DNA from: Anaerolineae bacterium
GTDB lineage: Bacteria; Chloroflexota; Anaerolineae; Fen-1058
Assembly: GCA_003154115.1 (NCBI GenBank)
Contig: PMCF01000212.1
Span: 1,277-65,276, forward strand
Reading direction: 5' to 3'
DNA: 64,000 bases
Shown: piece by piece, positions 35,738 through 44,636 of the stretch
Layout: each line of letters begins with the position of its first letter
How positions within the stretch are numbered: the first letter of the stretch is position 1
Position numbers and translations under genes: made by a program
The notes under the pieces: model-generated
Told to the model about the DNA's origin: nothing
Databases searched by the model: none
Seen by the model: only the letters and a program-made list of their open reading frames with translations

Positions 35738-36231
35738 ATGCCAGGCAATCCTCATTCTCACAACCGGACGCACCGCATCTGGGCCTTGCTGGCAGGGAGC
35801 ATCATCGCGGTCTGGCTGTTGAGCGGCTGCGCACAACCGCCCAAAGTGTATCGCGTCGGCTTGCAAGCGTTTCCCCAATCGGCTGATAACAGAATCGATG
35901 CGATCTTCCTGATCGTCGAGCCGTTGGCGGTAACGTCCGATCCCTTTATCGTGATGGGGAAGTTTGCGGCAGAACACAAGATCCCCATCGGCGGTGCTTT
36001 GATGTCGGCAGGCGGCTATGACTCCATTTTTGGGGTGAATGTGGAGAACATTGCCGTTGGTAAGCAGGCGGCCCCGCTGCTCGACAAGATCTTCAAAGGC
36101 ATCCCGGCCGGCACCATTCCCGTCGTGTCTGCCGAGAATTACATCCAGATCAATTACAAGGCGGCTCAAGCCCCAGGGGCATTACCGTGCCCGAGGGCAG
36201 GTTGAATCAGGCGAATAAAGTTATCCGTTAG
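35738..36231 (+). pseudogene. remnant of an ABC_sub_bind (PF04392-type) periplasmic binding lipoprotein with an internal deletion and a 1-nt frameshift
   Basis: Lipobox LLSGC and KVYRVG-LQ run directly into the C-terminal third of the family (DAIFLI...KIPIGG...GVNVENIAVGKQAAPLLDKIFKG...IPVVSAENYIQINYKAAQA). After the G-run at 36176-36179 the expected ending GITVPEGRLNQANKVIR* is read in another frame (36178..36231). Confidence 0.7.
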
Positions 36232-36343
36232 GGTGATCGATGTGTTGCTGTTCCAGGACCAACCGCCAGCAGGTGGAGAGAAATCGGGACAGGGACAAAC
36301 TGAGCTCTCTGTGCACAGCCTCGGGATGAGGTAAGAGGAACGT

Positions 36344-39001
36344 ATGAAGACCAGAACGAAGAAACCGCGGACTGCGCGAAGCTTGACCACTACGCTGGCT
36401 ATTGCGTTTTTGGTCTTGAGTGCGACTAGCCTCATGATTTCTGGCGTACTGCAGACGCTTTCAAACCTTGCCACCCAGCAAGAGGCCGTCGCCGGCAAAC
36501 TGGAACTCATTGCACAAAACGCCAGCCAGCCGGTCAACAGTTTCATCCAGGCCAAGTTCAGCATCCTAGAAACCGCCGCTCGGCTGACCAATCTTATGAA
36601 AATAACGCCCGACGAGCAGCAGCAGGTACTGGACAATCTGCTGGGCCGCGATGCGGCCTTTCGCCAAGTGGTAGTGCTGAACGTCCAAGATCAGGAAACC
36701 GCCCAAGCCGCGCGTTTATCGCAACAGGCCGCCGGCTCGCTGGCCGGTCAACTGCAGGGAGAAATGCTCTCCCAAGTGCACCAGGGCCAGCATACGATGA
36801 GTGCCGTGCGCGTGGACCTCAATACCAGTGAGCCGTTGGTGCTGTTGGCTTTGCCCGTGACAAACGCTTTGGGCGATTTCCAGGGCACCCTGGCAGCCGA
36901 GGTCAACTTGAAGTTCATGTGGGACCTGGTCGATCAACTCCAGGTGGGCGAGACCGGTGTGGCTTATGTGGTGGATAAGCAGGGCAATCTGCTGGCGTTC
37001 AGCGATACCGCTCGCGTGCTGCGCGGCGACAATGTGGCAAATTTACCCAAGGTCCGCGAGTTCATCACCGGCGTCAAGGAGGTCCCGTTCCTGGACTTGA
37101 CGATCGGGATTCAGGGTATCTCGACTGTCGGAGGGTATGCGCCCTTAGGCACGCCCGATTGGGCCGTCATCACCGAAATGCCTTGGGATGAAGCCTATCG
37201 TAACGCCATTCAGAATGTCATCGCGTCGGTCGTGATCTTAGTGGTCTTGGCCGCCCTGGCTGGCTTACTGGGGCTCTATCTAGCTCGTCGCCTGGCTGTG
37301 CCGCTGATCAGTCTGACTGACACCGCGTCCCGGATTAGCGCTGGCGAGATGGAGCTGCAGGCCACAACTACCGGGACCCGCGAAGTCGGTGCTTTGGCAC
37401 AAGCTTTCAATAGTATGACCACGCGCCTGCGCGATTTGATTGATTCGCTTGAAACACGCGTGGAAATGCGCACCGCACAAGTCCAGGCCAGTGCCGATGT
37501 TGGCCGTGTGGTGACTTCGATCCTCGATCCCGATCAGCTGCTGAAGCGCGTCGTGGAGCTCATCACCGAGCGCTTTGGTCTTTATTACGTGGCTGCCTTC
37601 ACGTTGGACCCAACCGGTCAATGGGCCGTGCTGCGGGAAGCCTCGGGACCGCGCGACGCGGCCTGGCTGCTCAAGCAAGCGGGGCACCGCCTGGAAATAA
37701 CTAGCAACTCGATGGTCGCCGCCAGCATCCGCGAGCGCCAGGCTCGCATCGCTTTGGATGTGGGTAACGAAGCCGTACACTTCTCCAATCCACTGCTCCC
37801 GGAAACCCGATCGGAAGTGGCCCTCCCGCTCATCGTCGGCGATCAAGTTTTGGGGGCGCTGGATGTGCAATCGGTGCAGGCGGTCGCCTTCGACGAAACC
37901 AGTACCGCCGTGCTGCAGAACATGGCCGACCAGATCGCCGTCGCCCTCAACAATGCCGCGCAATATCAACTGGAACAACACCACGCCCAGCAGACGACGC
38001 AGCTGTTGGAGGCCAGCGTTGAGTTGAGTTCACAGACCGAGGCGACCCGCTTATACAATCGCACCGTCGAGGTCGCGGCCAATCTGCTTCATGCCGATAG
38101 TGCCGCCCTATGGCAGCCGGTAGAAGAGAGCGAGCTCGAGCTCTTGTATGCCGTCGGTCCTCTCAAGGCTCTGATCGGCCAACGCGCCCCGATCGGTGAA
38201 GGCATTGCCGGACGTGTGTATGCCACCAGCCTGGCCTTGCGCCTAAATGAGACCCGCAGCTGGCGTGATGCCGCCGTCGATTTTGGCGAGGTTCCCGTAC
38301 GAGCCGTCGTCGCGGTCCCCATGGTCTGGCAGGGCGAACCGGTCGGTGTGTTAGTCATTGCCCATACCTATCCCGATAGTATCTTTACCGCGGATGATGC
38401 CAATGTCGCACAGTTGTATGCAGCCCAAACAGCTTCCACGTTGGCTAATATGCGTCTGCTGGAACAGCTCCAGAATACCCTGGATAATCTGAGCGCAGCC
38501 AACCGGCGCTTGACGGGGGAAGCCTGGCAGGCTCGTCTGCGCGGCAGCGAGATTTCTTACGAATATCGCCGCACCACAGCCGCTAGCCCGACACGCTCCG
38601 CGCAACCTGCGTTGTCGCTGGCCTGGCCGATCGAGCTGCGCGGCCAACCGATTGGCCAGATCATCCTGGACTTACGCGATCGGCCGCAACGTGAACTCAC
38701 CAAAGACGAGCGCAGCATCGTGCAGGAAGTCGCACAGCGGATGTCGCTGGCACTGGAAAGCGCACGGTTATTTGAGCAGACTCAAGCGGCGCTAAGCGAA
38801 GCGCACCGCCTGGCCCACCGCGAGCAGATGATCAATCGCATCACCAGCCAGCTGCGCGCGGCCACTACGGTGGACGAAGTGCTGCACATCGCTACTGACG
38901 AAATGCGCCGCGCCGTACAGGCCAGCTGGGCCGCCGCCGAATTGGTACCGCCTGCTCACACCAGAGATGGACGAGGTGATGACCATGACAGCCAAAAATA
39001 A
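36344..39001 (+). CDS. array member E: TM + Cache-type extracytoplasmic sensor + TM + HAMP + signature GAF + GAF + half-GAF, no recognisable output domain
   Basis: 885 aa. Cache-like GVAYVVDKQGNLLAFSD. HAMP segment (RRLAVPLISLTDTASRISAGEM). Signature GAF (LREASGPRDA variant, HFSNPLLPETRSEVALPL). RRLTGEAW segment. C-terminal cap present. Confidence 0.85.
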   Translation: MKTRTKKPRTARSLTTTLAIAFLVLSATSLMISGVLQTLSNLATQQEAVAGKLELIAQNASQPVNSFIQAKFSILETAARLTNLMKITPDEQQQVLDNLLGRDAAFRQVVVLNVQDQETAQAARLSQQAAGSLAGQLQGEMLSQVHQGQHTMSAVRVDLNTSEPLVLLALPVTNALGDFQGTLAAEVNLKFMWDLVDQLQVGETGVAYVVDKQGNLLAFSDTARVLRGDNVANLPKVREFITGVKEVPFLDLTIGIQGISTVGGYAPLGTPDWAVITEMPWDEAYRNAIQNVIASVVILVVLAALAGLLGLYLARRLAVPLISLTDTASRISAGEMELQATTTGTREVGALAQAFNSMTTRLRDLIDSLETRVEMRTAQVQASADVGRVVTSILDPDQLLKRVVELITERFGLYYVAAFTLDPTGQWAVLREASGPRDAAWLLKQAGHRLEITSNSMVAASIRERQARIALDVGNEAVHFSNPLLPETRSEVALPLIVGDQVLGALDVQSVQAVAFDETSTAVLQNMADQIAVALNNAAQYQLEQHHAQQTTQLLEASVELSSQTEATRLYNRTVEVAANLLHADSAALWQPVEESELELLYAVGPLKALIGQRAPIGEGIAGRVYATSLALRLNETRSWRDAAVDFGEVPVRAVVAVPMVWQGEPVGVLVIAHTYPDSIFTADDANVAQLYAAQTASTLANMRLLEQLQNTLDNLSAANRRLTGEAWQARLRGSEISYEYRRTTAASPTRSAQPALSLAWPIELRGQPIGQIILDLRDRPQRELTKDERSIVQEVAQRMSLALESARLFEQTQAALSEAHRLAHREQMINRITSQLRAATTVDEVLHIATDEMRRAVQASWAAAELVPPAHTRDGRGDDHDSQK

Positions 39002-41177
39002 AGCGGTCCAGCCCAGTTGGCGACAGCGCGTAGCGGGACCGCCGACACTAAGCGCTGAAGACCGGGCACAAACGGCCAGGTATCTCAACATCCTGCTGCC
39101 GGTCGCCATGGTGCTGCTCGGTGTACGTGTGGCATTTGCCTTCGTGGAGCAGGGCTTCAGTTTGAGTACCGGCGATTTTCTGCTCCTGGTGCTGATAGCG
39201 CTCCTGGGCGGTTTATGGGCGCTGACACGGCGCGGGTATGTGTTGGCCGCGGCCAGTGCGTTGTTGTTTATTACATTTTTCGGCATGGTCTATCTTGCCT
39301 CCCAAGCCAACGGCCTCTTCGACGGCGCCTTTGCCGCGTTAGCCATCGTGATTCTGATGGCCGGCCTGCTCATTGACTGGAAAGCCGTGATCGTCATGGG
39401 TGGACTGAGCATCGCTGCCGCCTGGTGGCTGGCCAGCCGTAATGCCGGAACCCCGATTATGCTGGAGGCAAATGCGGCGTTTGAATATGCACGCGATGTC
39501 ACGATCGTATTCTTGTTGCTGACGGTGGTGACCTATCTGCTCATCAGCAGCTTGCGGCGCACGTTGGATCAGTCGCACCTGAGTGAACAAGCTCTGCGCG
39601 AGCAAAACGTCGAGCTAAATCAGACGCGCGGTTTGCTGGAAACCCGCGTCGAGATGCGCACCGCCCAACTGCAAGCCAGCGCCGAGGTAGGCCAGGCGGC
39701 GGCCTTGGTACTTGACCCCGATCAGCTGCTGCATGAAGTCGTCAACTTGATCGCTAATCGGTTTGATTTCTATTACGCCGCCATCTTCACGCTCGATCGC
39801 ACCGGAGCCTATTTGCTGCTGCGCGAGGCTACCGGCGAGGCCGGCCGCACCTTGAAAGAACGCGGCCACCGCTTGCGCGTCAGCCTGGACTCCATGGTGG
39901 GTTACGCGGCCTTGCGGCACGAACCCCGCGTCGCCATGAACGTCAGCGAAGATACCGTGCGTTTTGCTAACCCGCTGCTGCCCGACGCGCAATCGGAAGT
40001 CGCGCTGCCGTTGATCGTAGGACAGGAAGTCATCGGCGTCCTGGACGTACAGTCGACGCACCTCAACGCTTTCGATGAGAGCATGCTCACGGCCCTGCAG
40101 GCCATGGCTTCACAAGTCGCTGTCGCATTGCAAAATGCACAATCGTTTCAGAGTCTGCAAAAGACGCTGGAGTACACCACTCGGCAATATGAACTAAGCC
40201 GCAACATCTTCCTGGCGCAGACCCCCAACGAAGCGTATCTCACCCTGGGGCAAGCTTTCGCCATGTTTGCCGAGGTCGATCGCATTCAGCTGCTGCGCAT
40301 CGTAGAGCGAGATGCCAACGACCAGCCCGCGGTTTACGAACTGGCCATCGAGTGGGACATTCTGGGCGGAGCGCAAATGGATACCGGCACGAGTTACACC
40401 GCCGCAGAGACGCCGCTCGCCGCATTAGTGGCTGAAGACGAACCCGTCGTCATTCGTGACGCTAGCGATGCGCGGTTGCCCGCGACGACCCGCGAGCAAT
40501 TGGCACAAGTAAACGCCCAGGCGATTATCTTAGCGCCGCTCCTGATCGGCGCGAAGTACAGTGGCTTTGTGGCGGCCATTTCGGAACAGCCGCGCGAGTT
40601 CACTGATAGCGAAGTACGTCTGTTGAAATCAACCGCGGAACAATTGGGCGTGGTGTTGGCTAATCTGCAATTGACCGCTGAAATGCGTACTACTGTCGAG
40701 CGAGTGGCGTTGCTCAATCGCCGGTTGAGCGGCGAGGCCTGGGACAGGTATCGGGCAGGGCGCGCCCAGCTGCGTGTCGAAAGCGGCCATGTTGAATTTC
40801 CCGCAGGGACGCCAGAGCATCAACTGCAAGTGCCCATCGTCGTGCGCGGTGAAACGATCGGAGCCTTCAACGTTGCCGACAATAATCTCGAACGCAGCTG
40901 GAATGAAGATGAGCTGAGCATGCTGCAGACCATCGCCGGAGAAGTGGCGCTGGCCATTGACAATGCGCGTCTCATCGAACAGACCCAGCGCACCGCCCAG
41001 CGTGAGAAGGACATCGCCGATGCGGCCGATCAGATCCACCATTCGATGAATCTGGAGACCATTCTCAACACGGCGCTAGGCGAGATCGTGCGTATCACCG
41101 GGGTTGAAGATGTGGCTATTCAATTCGGCTCACTGACCAGCCTGCCCGGCAATGGCCAGCACGCTGCGCAGCTATGA
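38985..41177 (+). CDS. array member F: polytopic membrane N-domain (~6 TM) + signature GAF + GAF + half-GAF, no recognisable output domain
   Basis: ORF 38967..41177; ATG 38985 follows GAGGTG and overlaps the end of E by 17 nt. No HAMP. Signature GAF (LREATGEAG, RFANPLLPDAQSEVALPL). RRLSGEAW segment. C-terminal cap present. Confidence 0.8.
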   Translation: MTAKNKAVQPSWRQRVAGPPTLSAEDRAQTARYLNILLPVAMVLLGVRVAFAFVEQGFSLSTGDFLLLVLIALLGGLWALTRRGYVLAAASALLFITFFGMVYLASQANGLFDGAFAALAIVILMAGLLIDWKAVIVMGGLSIAAAWWLASRNAGTPIMLEANAAFEYARDVTIVFLLLTVVTYLLISSLRRTLDQSHLSEQALREQNVELNQTRGLLETRVEMRTAQLQASAEVGQAAALVLDPDQLLHEVVNLIANRFDFYYAAIFTLDRTGAYLLLREATGEAGRTLKERGHRLRVSLDSMVGYAALRHEPRVAMNVSEDTVRFANPLLPDAQSEVALPLIVGQEVIGVLDVQSTHLNAFDESMLTALQAMASQVAVALQNAQSFQSLQKTLEYTTRQYELSRNIFLAQTPNEAYLTLGQAFAMFAEVDRIQLLRIVERDANDQPAVYELAIEWDILGGAQMDTGTSYTAAETPLAALVAEDEPVVIRDASDARLPATTREQLAQVNAQAIILAPLLIGAKYSGFVAAISEQPREFTDSEVRLLKSTAEQLGVVLANLQLTAEMRTTVERVALLNRRLSGEAWDRYRAGRAQLRVESGHVEFPAGTPEHQLQVPIVVRGETIGAFNVADNNLERSWNEDELSMLQTIAGEVALAIDNARLIEQTQRTAQREKDIADAADQIHHSMNLETILNTALGEIVRITGVEDVAIQFGSLTSLPGNGQHAAQL

Positions 41178-41285
41178 AGGGCGGCATTCGTGGTGAGGTC
41201 GGCCCTAGTGGCGATTTAGGCCCAGGGTTTCTTAACTGTGGTGAGTTTGAAGACGAAAAAGCCGCACTAGTAGGTGGAGGCAGTT

Positions 41286-44200
41286 ATGCCCGAAGAGACT
41301 AGAGTAACGATGCAGCCCTCAGCGCCGTCCAGCGTGGATGCTCAGCGCTTGCGGGCGCTTGACCGCGCCCTGCTCGCTAGTTTGATTATTATCGTGCTCA
41401 CCAGCATGTTTTATTTCTTCCTATACCTTCAGATGCAAGCCTGGCAAATCCTCGCCGTGGCGGCGGGCGTGGCGTTGGGTGCCGTGGGTCTATTACTCGC
41501 GCGGCGATGTCTTCAGAGAAGCGATCTGGATGGCACCGGCTACTGGTCACTCGCCGCGATTGTAGTGGCTTTTGGCGTTAGCGAAGTGTTTTGGATCAAC
41601 AACACACTTTTCGCTACGGCGGGTGCTCTGCTGCTGTTTCTGATAGTGGGCAGCCTCCTGCGGCCACGCCGCCGGGGCATCTGGGCAGCCGTCGCCGTCG
41701 GATATGGTGGCTTCATCATCGCGGTCAATCAAATCCAGCCGCTGCCCCGTTACGATATTGCGCAGGTTCAGTTGCTGAACGTATTCGTTCCGATCGCCAT
41801 TGGCGTGTTAGTCGTGGCCGCGTTGTGGCTGATTACGCGATCGTACCTCAATTACTCCTTGCGCACTAAGCTGATCGTCGCCTTCCTCGCCGTCAGTCTT
41901 GGCTCGGTCGGCGTGATCACCTTGTACGCCGATCGCACCATTCGCCTCGCTCTGCAAGAGCGAGCCTCAGCTGAGTTGACGAATGTCGCACAATTACGGA
42001 GCACCGCCATCGGCGATTTTCTGGCTGAAGAAGTCAAATTACTGCAAACGCTGGCCCTCAGTGAAAGGATTCGATCGGAGGCGGAGACTTCCAATGCCAG
42101 TTATCAAGGCAGTGAAGCGGATACGCAAGCGGCGTTGTTAAAGCTGGATCAAGCATGGCGTGTTGCGGTTGACGCCAATGATGACAATGACCCCTTAGTT
42201 CAGGCGAAGTTGAACAACTCCATCGCCAGCTATCTGCGCGAGTATCGCACGCTCTATCCTGAAAACGTCGAGGTCGTCGTGACCGATCGTCATGGCGCTT
42301 TGCTTGGTGCGACCAACCGCACCTCTGGCTACTATCAGGCCAATGAAGATTGGTGGCAGGCCGCTGACAGCAAAGGCGTGGGCGTCATTTATTACTCGCA
42401 GCCGACCTATGATACAGATAGCGGCGCATTCCGTATCAACATCGCCCTGCCCGTATATGACAAAAGCGGGTCGAATATGCTGGGCATCCTACGAACGACG
42501 GTCGATTTGGCTGCCAAGACAGCGATCATGACCAACTTACAGCTCGGTAAAGAAAGTTTGCTACTTCCCGATAACTCGCTAGTGACTGGGCAAAGCCTAT
42601 GGCCCGTGTCAGGCGACTTGCTGGCGCAACTTCCGGTGGATATCGGCAGCGTCGCAGAAATTGAGTGGGAGGGTCAGCCCAGTTTCGTTGCGGTAGCGCC
42701 TGTTCGTTCCAGTGACCCCAAATTGGGGATTTCAGTCGGTCAACTCCGCTGGAAGGTTATTGCCCATCAACCTCGTGCAGAAGTTCTGGCCCCGGTCGAG
42801 GCACAGACGACGACCGTGTTGCTCGTTATCGCACTGGTGGCCGTCATTGCAGTTGGAGCTTCGGTGGGCCTGAGCCAGATCCTCGTTCGGCCCATCGCTC
42901 ACTTGACCGCTGTCGCCCGGAAGGTATCCCAAGGCGACCTGACGGCCCAGGTGCCGATCGAAACCAAAGATGAAATCGGTGATCTGGCCGTCGCGTTCAA
43001 CAGTATGACGGCCCAGCTGTATGGCGTCGTGAGCACTCTGGAGGAACGAATTCAAGCCCGCACGGAACAACTCCGCGCCAGCGCCGACGTGGGCCGCACG
43101 GCCGCCTCGGTGTTAGATCCCGACGATTTGCTGCGCAGCGTCGTGAATCTGATCACGGAACGCTTCGGATTCTATTATGCCGCCGTGTTTACCAGTGACA
43201 GTCAGGGCCAGTACGCGATCCTGCGCGAAGCCACGGGCGAGGCTGGCCGCGTGTTGAAAGCACAAGGTCACCAGCTGGAAATCGGCGGCCAATCGATGGT
43301 GGGCAATGCCATCGCGCGCCGCCACCTGCGCATCGCCCTGGATGTGGGTGTGGAAGCCGCGCGCTTCGCCAATCCGCTGCTCCCCAATACCCGATCGGAA
43401 ATCGCCCTGCCGCTCGTGGTTGGCGATCAAGTCTTGGGCGCGTTGGATGTGCAATCCACGGAAGAAGCCGCCTTCGACGAATCGAATGCGGCTGTGCTGC
43501 AATCCATGGCCGACCAGATCGCGATTGCCTTGAGCAACGCCCTCTCGTACACGGAAATGCAGGCGGTCGCACGCCGGTCGCGCGCCCTGTTTGCGGCCAG
43601 CCGTGAAGTGGGACGCGTGCAGGCCGATGTCGCCGATACCATTCGCACGATGATGCAAGCGGCCGCGGGCACGCTCGAATACGATCGCTGGTGTGTCCTG
43701 ACTTTCGATGAAATGCGCACGGCGTTAGTAACAATTGCGGCGCACGATTGGCCTAACAGCACAGACGCGCTGGATGTGCAGGAGCAAGCGAACCATCCGC
43801 TGGTGCACAGCGCCTTACACAATGAAGCCTTGCAGATCAACGATCCTCGCGATGCACGCTGGCAGGAGCTCGCGGCCGCTCACTTGCGCAATCTGCTGAG
43901 CGTGCCGATTATGGCGCGCGGCACTCTCATTGGAGTGGTGGGGGTGAGCCGCTCGAGCGGGGCTGCACTGACCGACGACGATTTGGAAGTGGGTCGTTCA
44001 CTGGCGACGCTGGCCGCCATCGCGATCGAAAATTATCACTTGCTGGAAAGCAGCCAGCGCACGCTGCGCGAGCTGGACGAGGTCAATCGCCAACTGACAG
44101 GTGAAGGTTGGGAAAAGTTTGTACGCCGACGCGGGCCGCGCGACTTCATCTGGGTCAGCCGTTCCGATCAATTGCAGCCGCAGCAGTTATTGGAAGTTAC

Positions 44201-44636
44201 CGAAGCACTCACACTCGGCCATGTCGCCACGCGCCTGTTAGACGATGGCCGCGACGACCAGTCATCCCGCCGCTCTGCGGACACGGGAGCGCAGCTCGGC
44301 GTAGCCGTGCCGATCAAACTGCGCGATGTGCCCATCGGCGCTTTGCGGATGATCGTTCCGCTGCGCGCCTGGACGGCCGAAATGGCCGCCTCGCTGGAAT
44401 CCATTGCCGGGCACGTGGCCCAGGCCGCGGAAAATGCGCGCCTCATCGCCGAGTCCGAAGAGCGACTGACGCGCGAGCGGGCCTTGACCGAAGCCACCGA
44501 GAAGGTCCGACAACGCAACGAAATCGACTCGATTCTGGAAACGGCGGCGCAGGAATTGGCTCACTACCTGCAAGCCTCGGCGGTGAAGGTGCGGCTGGGC
44601 ACAGATTCCGCAGCACCTAATGGTCATGGCAACTAG
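41286..44636 (+). CDS. array member G: polytopic N-domain + Cache-like sensor + TM + HAMP + signature GAF + GAF + half-GAF, no recognisable output domain
   Basis: ORF 41274..44636 trimmed to ATG 41286 after GGTGGAGG. HAMP segment (RPIAHLTAVARKVSQGDLTAQV). Signature GAF (LREATGEAG, RFANPLLPNTRSEIALPL). RQLTGEGW segment. C-terminal cap present. Confidence 0.85.
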   Translation: MPEETRVTMQPSAPSSVDAQRLRALDRALLASLIIIVLTSMFYFFLYLQMQAWQILAVAAGVALGAVGLLLARRCLQRSDLDGTGYWSLAAIVVAFGVSEVFWINNTLFATAGALLLFLIVGSLLRPRRRGIWAAVAVGYGGFIIAVNQIQPLPRYDIAQVQLLNVFVPIAIGVLVVAALWLITRSYLNYSLRTKLIVAFLAVSLGSVGVITLYADRTIRLALQERASAELTNVAQLRSTAIGDFLAEEVKLLQTLALSERIRSEAETSNASYQGSEADTQAALLKLDQAWRVAVDANDDNDPLVQAKLNNSIASYLREYRTLYPENVEVVVTDRHGALLGATNRTSGYYQANEDWWQAADSKGVGVIYYSQPTYDTDSGAFRINIALPVYDKSGSNMLGILRTTVDLAAKTAIMTNLQLGKESLLLPDNSLVTGQSLWPVSGDLLAQLPVDIGSVAEIEWEGQPSFVAVAPVRSSDPKLGISVGQLRWKVIAHQPRAEVLAPVEAQTTTVLLVIALVAVIAVGASVGLSQILVRPIAHLTAVARKVSQGDLTAQVPIETKDEIGDLAVAFNSMTAQLYGVVSTLEERIQARTEQLRASADVGRTAASVLDPDDLLRSVVNLITERFGFYYAAVFTSDSQGQYAILREATGEAGRVLKAQGHQLEIGGQSMVGNAIARRHLRIALDVGVEAARFANPLLPNTRSEIALPLVVGDQVLGALDVQSTEEAAFDESNAAVLQSMADQIAIALSNALSYTEMQAVARRSRALFAASREVGRVQADVADTIRTMMQAAAGTLEYDRWCVLTFDEMRTALVTIAAHDWPNSTDALDVQEQANHPLVHSALHNEALQINDPRDARWQELAAAHLRNLLSVPIMARGTLIGVVGVSRSSGAALTDDDLEVGRSLATLAAIAIENYHLLESSQRTLRELDEVNRQLTGEGWEKFVRRRGPRDFIWVSRSDQLQPQQLLEVTEALTLGHVATRLLDDGRDDQSSRRSADTGAQLGVAVPIKLRDVPIGALRMIVPLRAWTAEMAASLESIAGHVAQAAENARLIAESEERLTRERALTEATEKVRQRNEIDSILETAAQELAHYLQASAVKVRLGTDSAAPNGHGN

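Noticed and set aside
41178-41285. 108-nt spacer between F and G, as a site of a small RNA, small ORF or terminator.
   Set aside because: The only open reading frame is 9 codons. I found no stable hairpin with a T-tract and no conserved motif. It may hold an internal promoter, but I cannot support that from the sequence.
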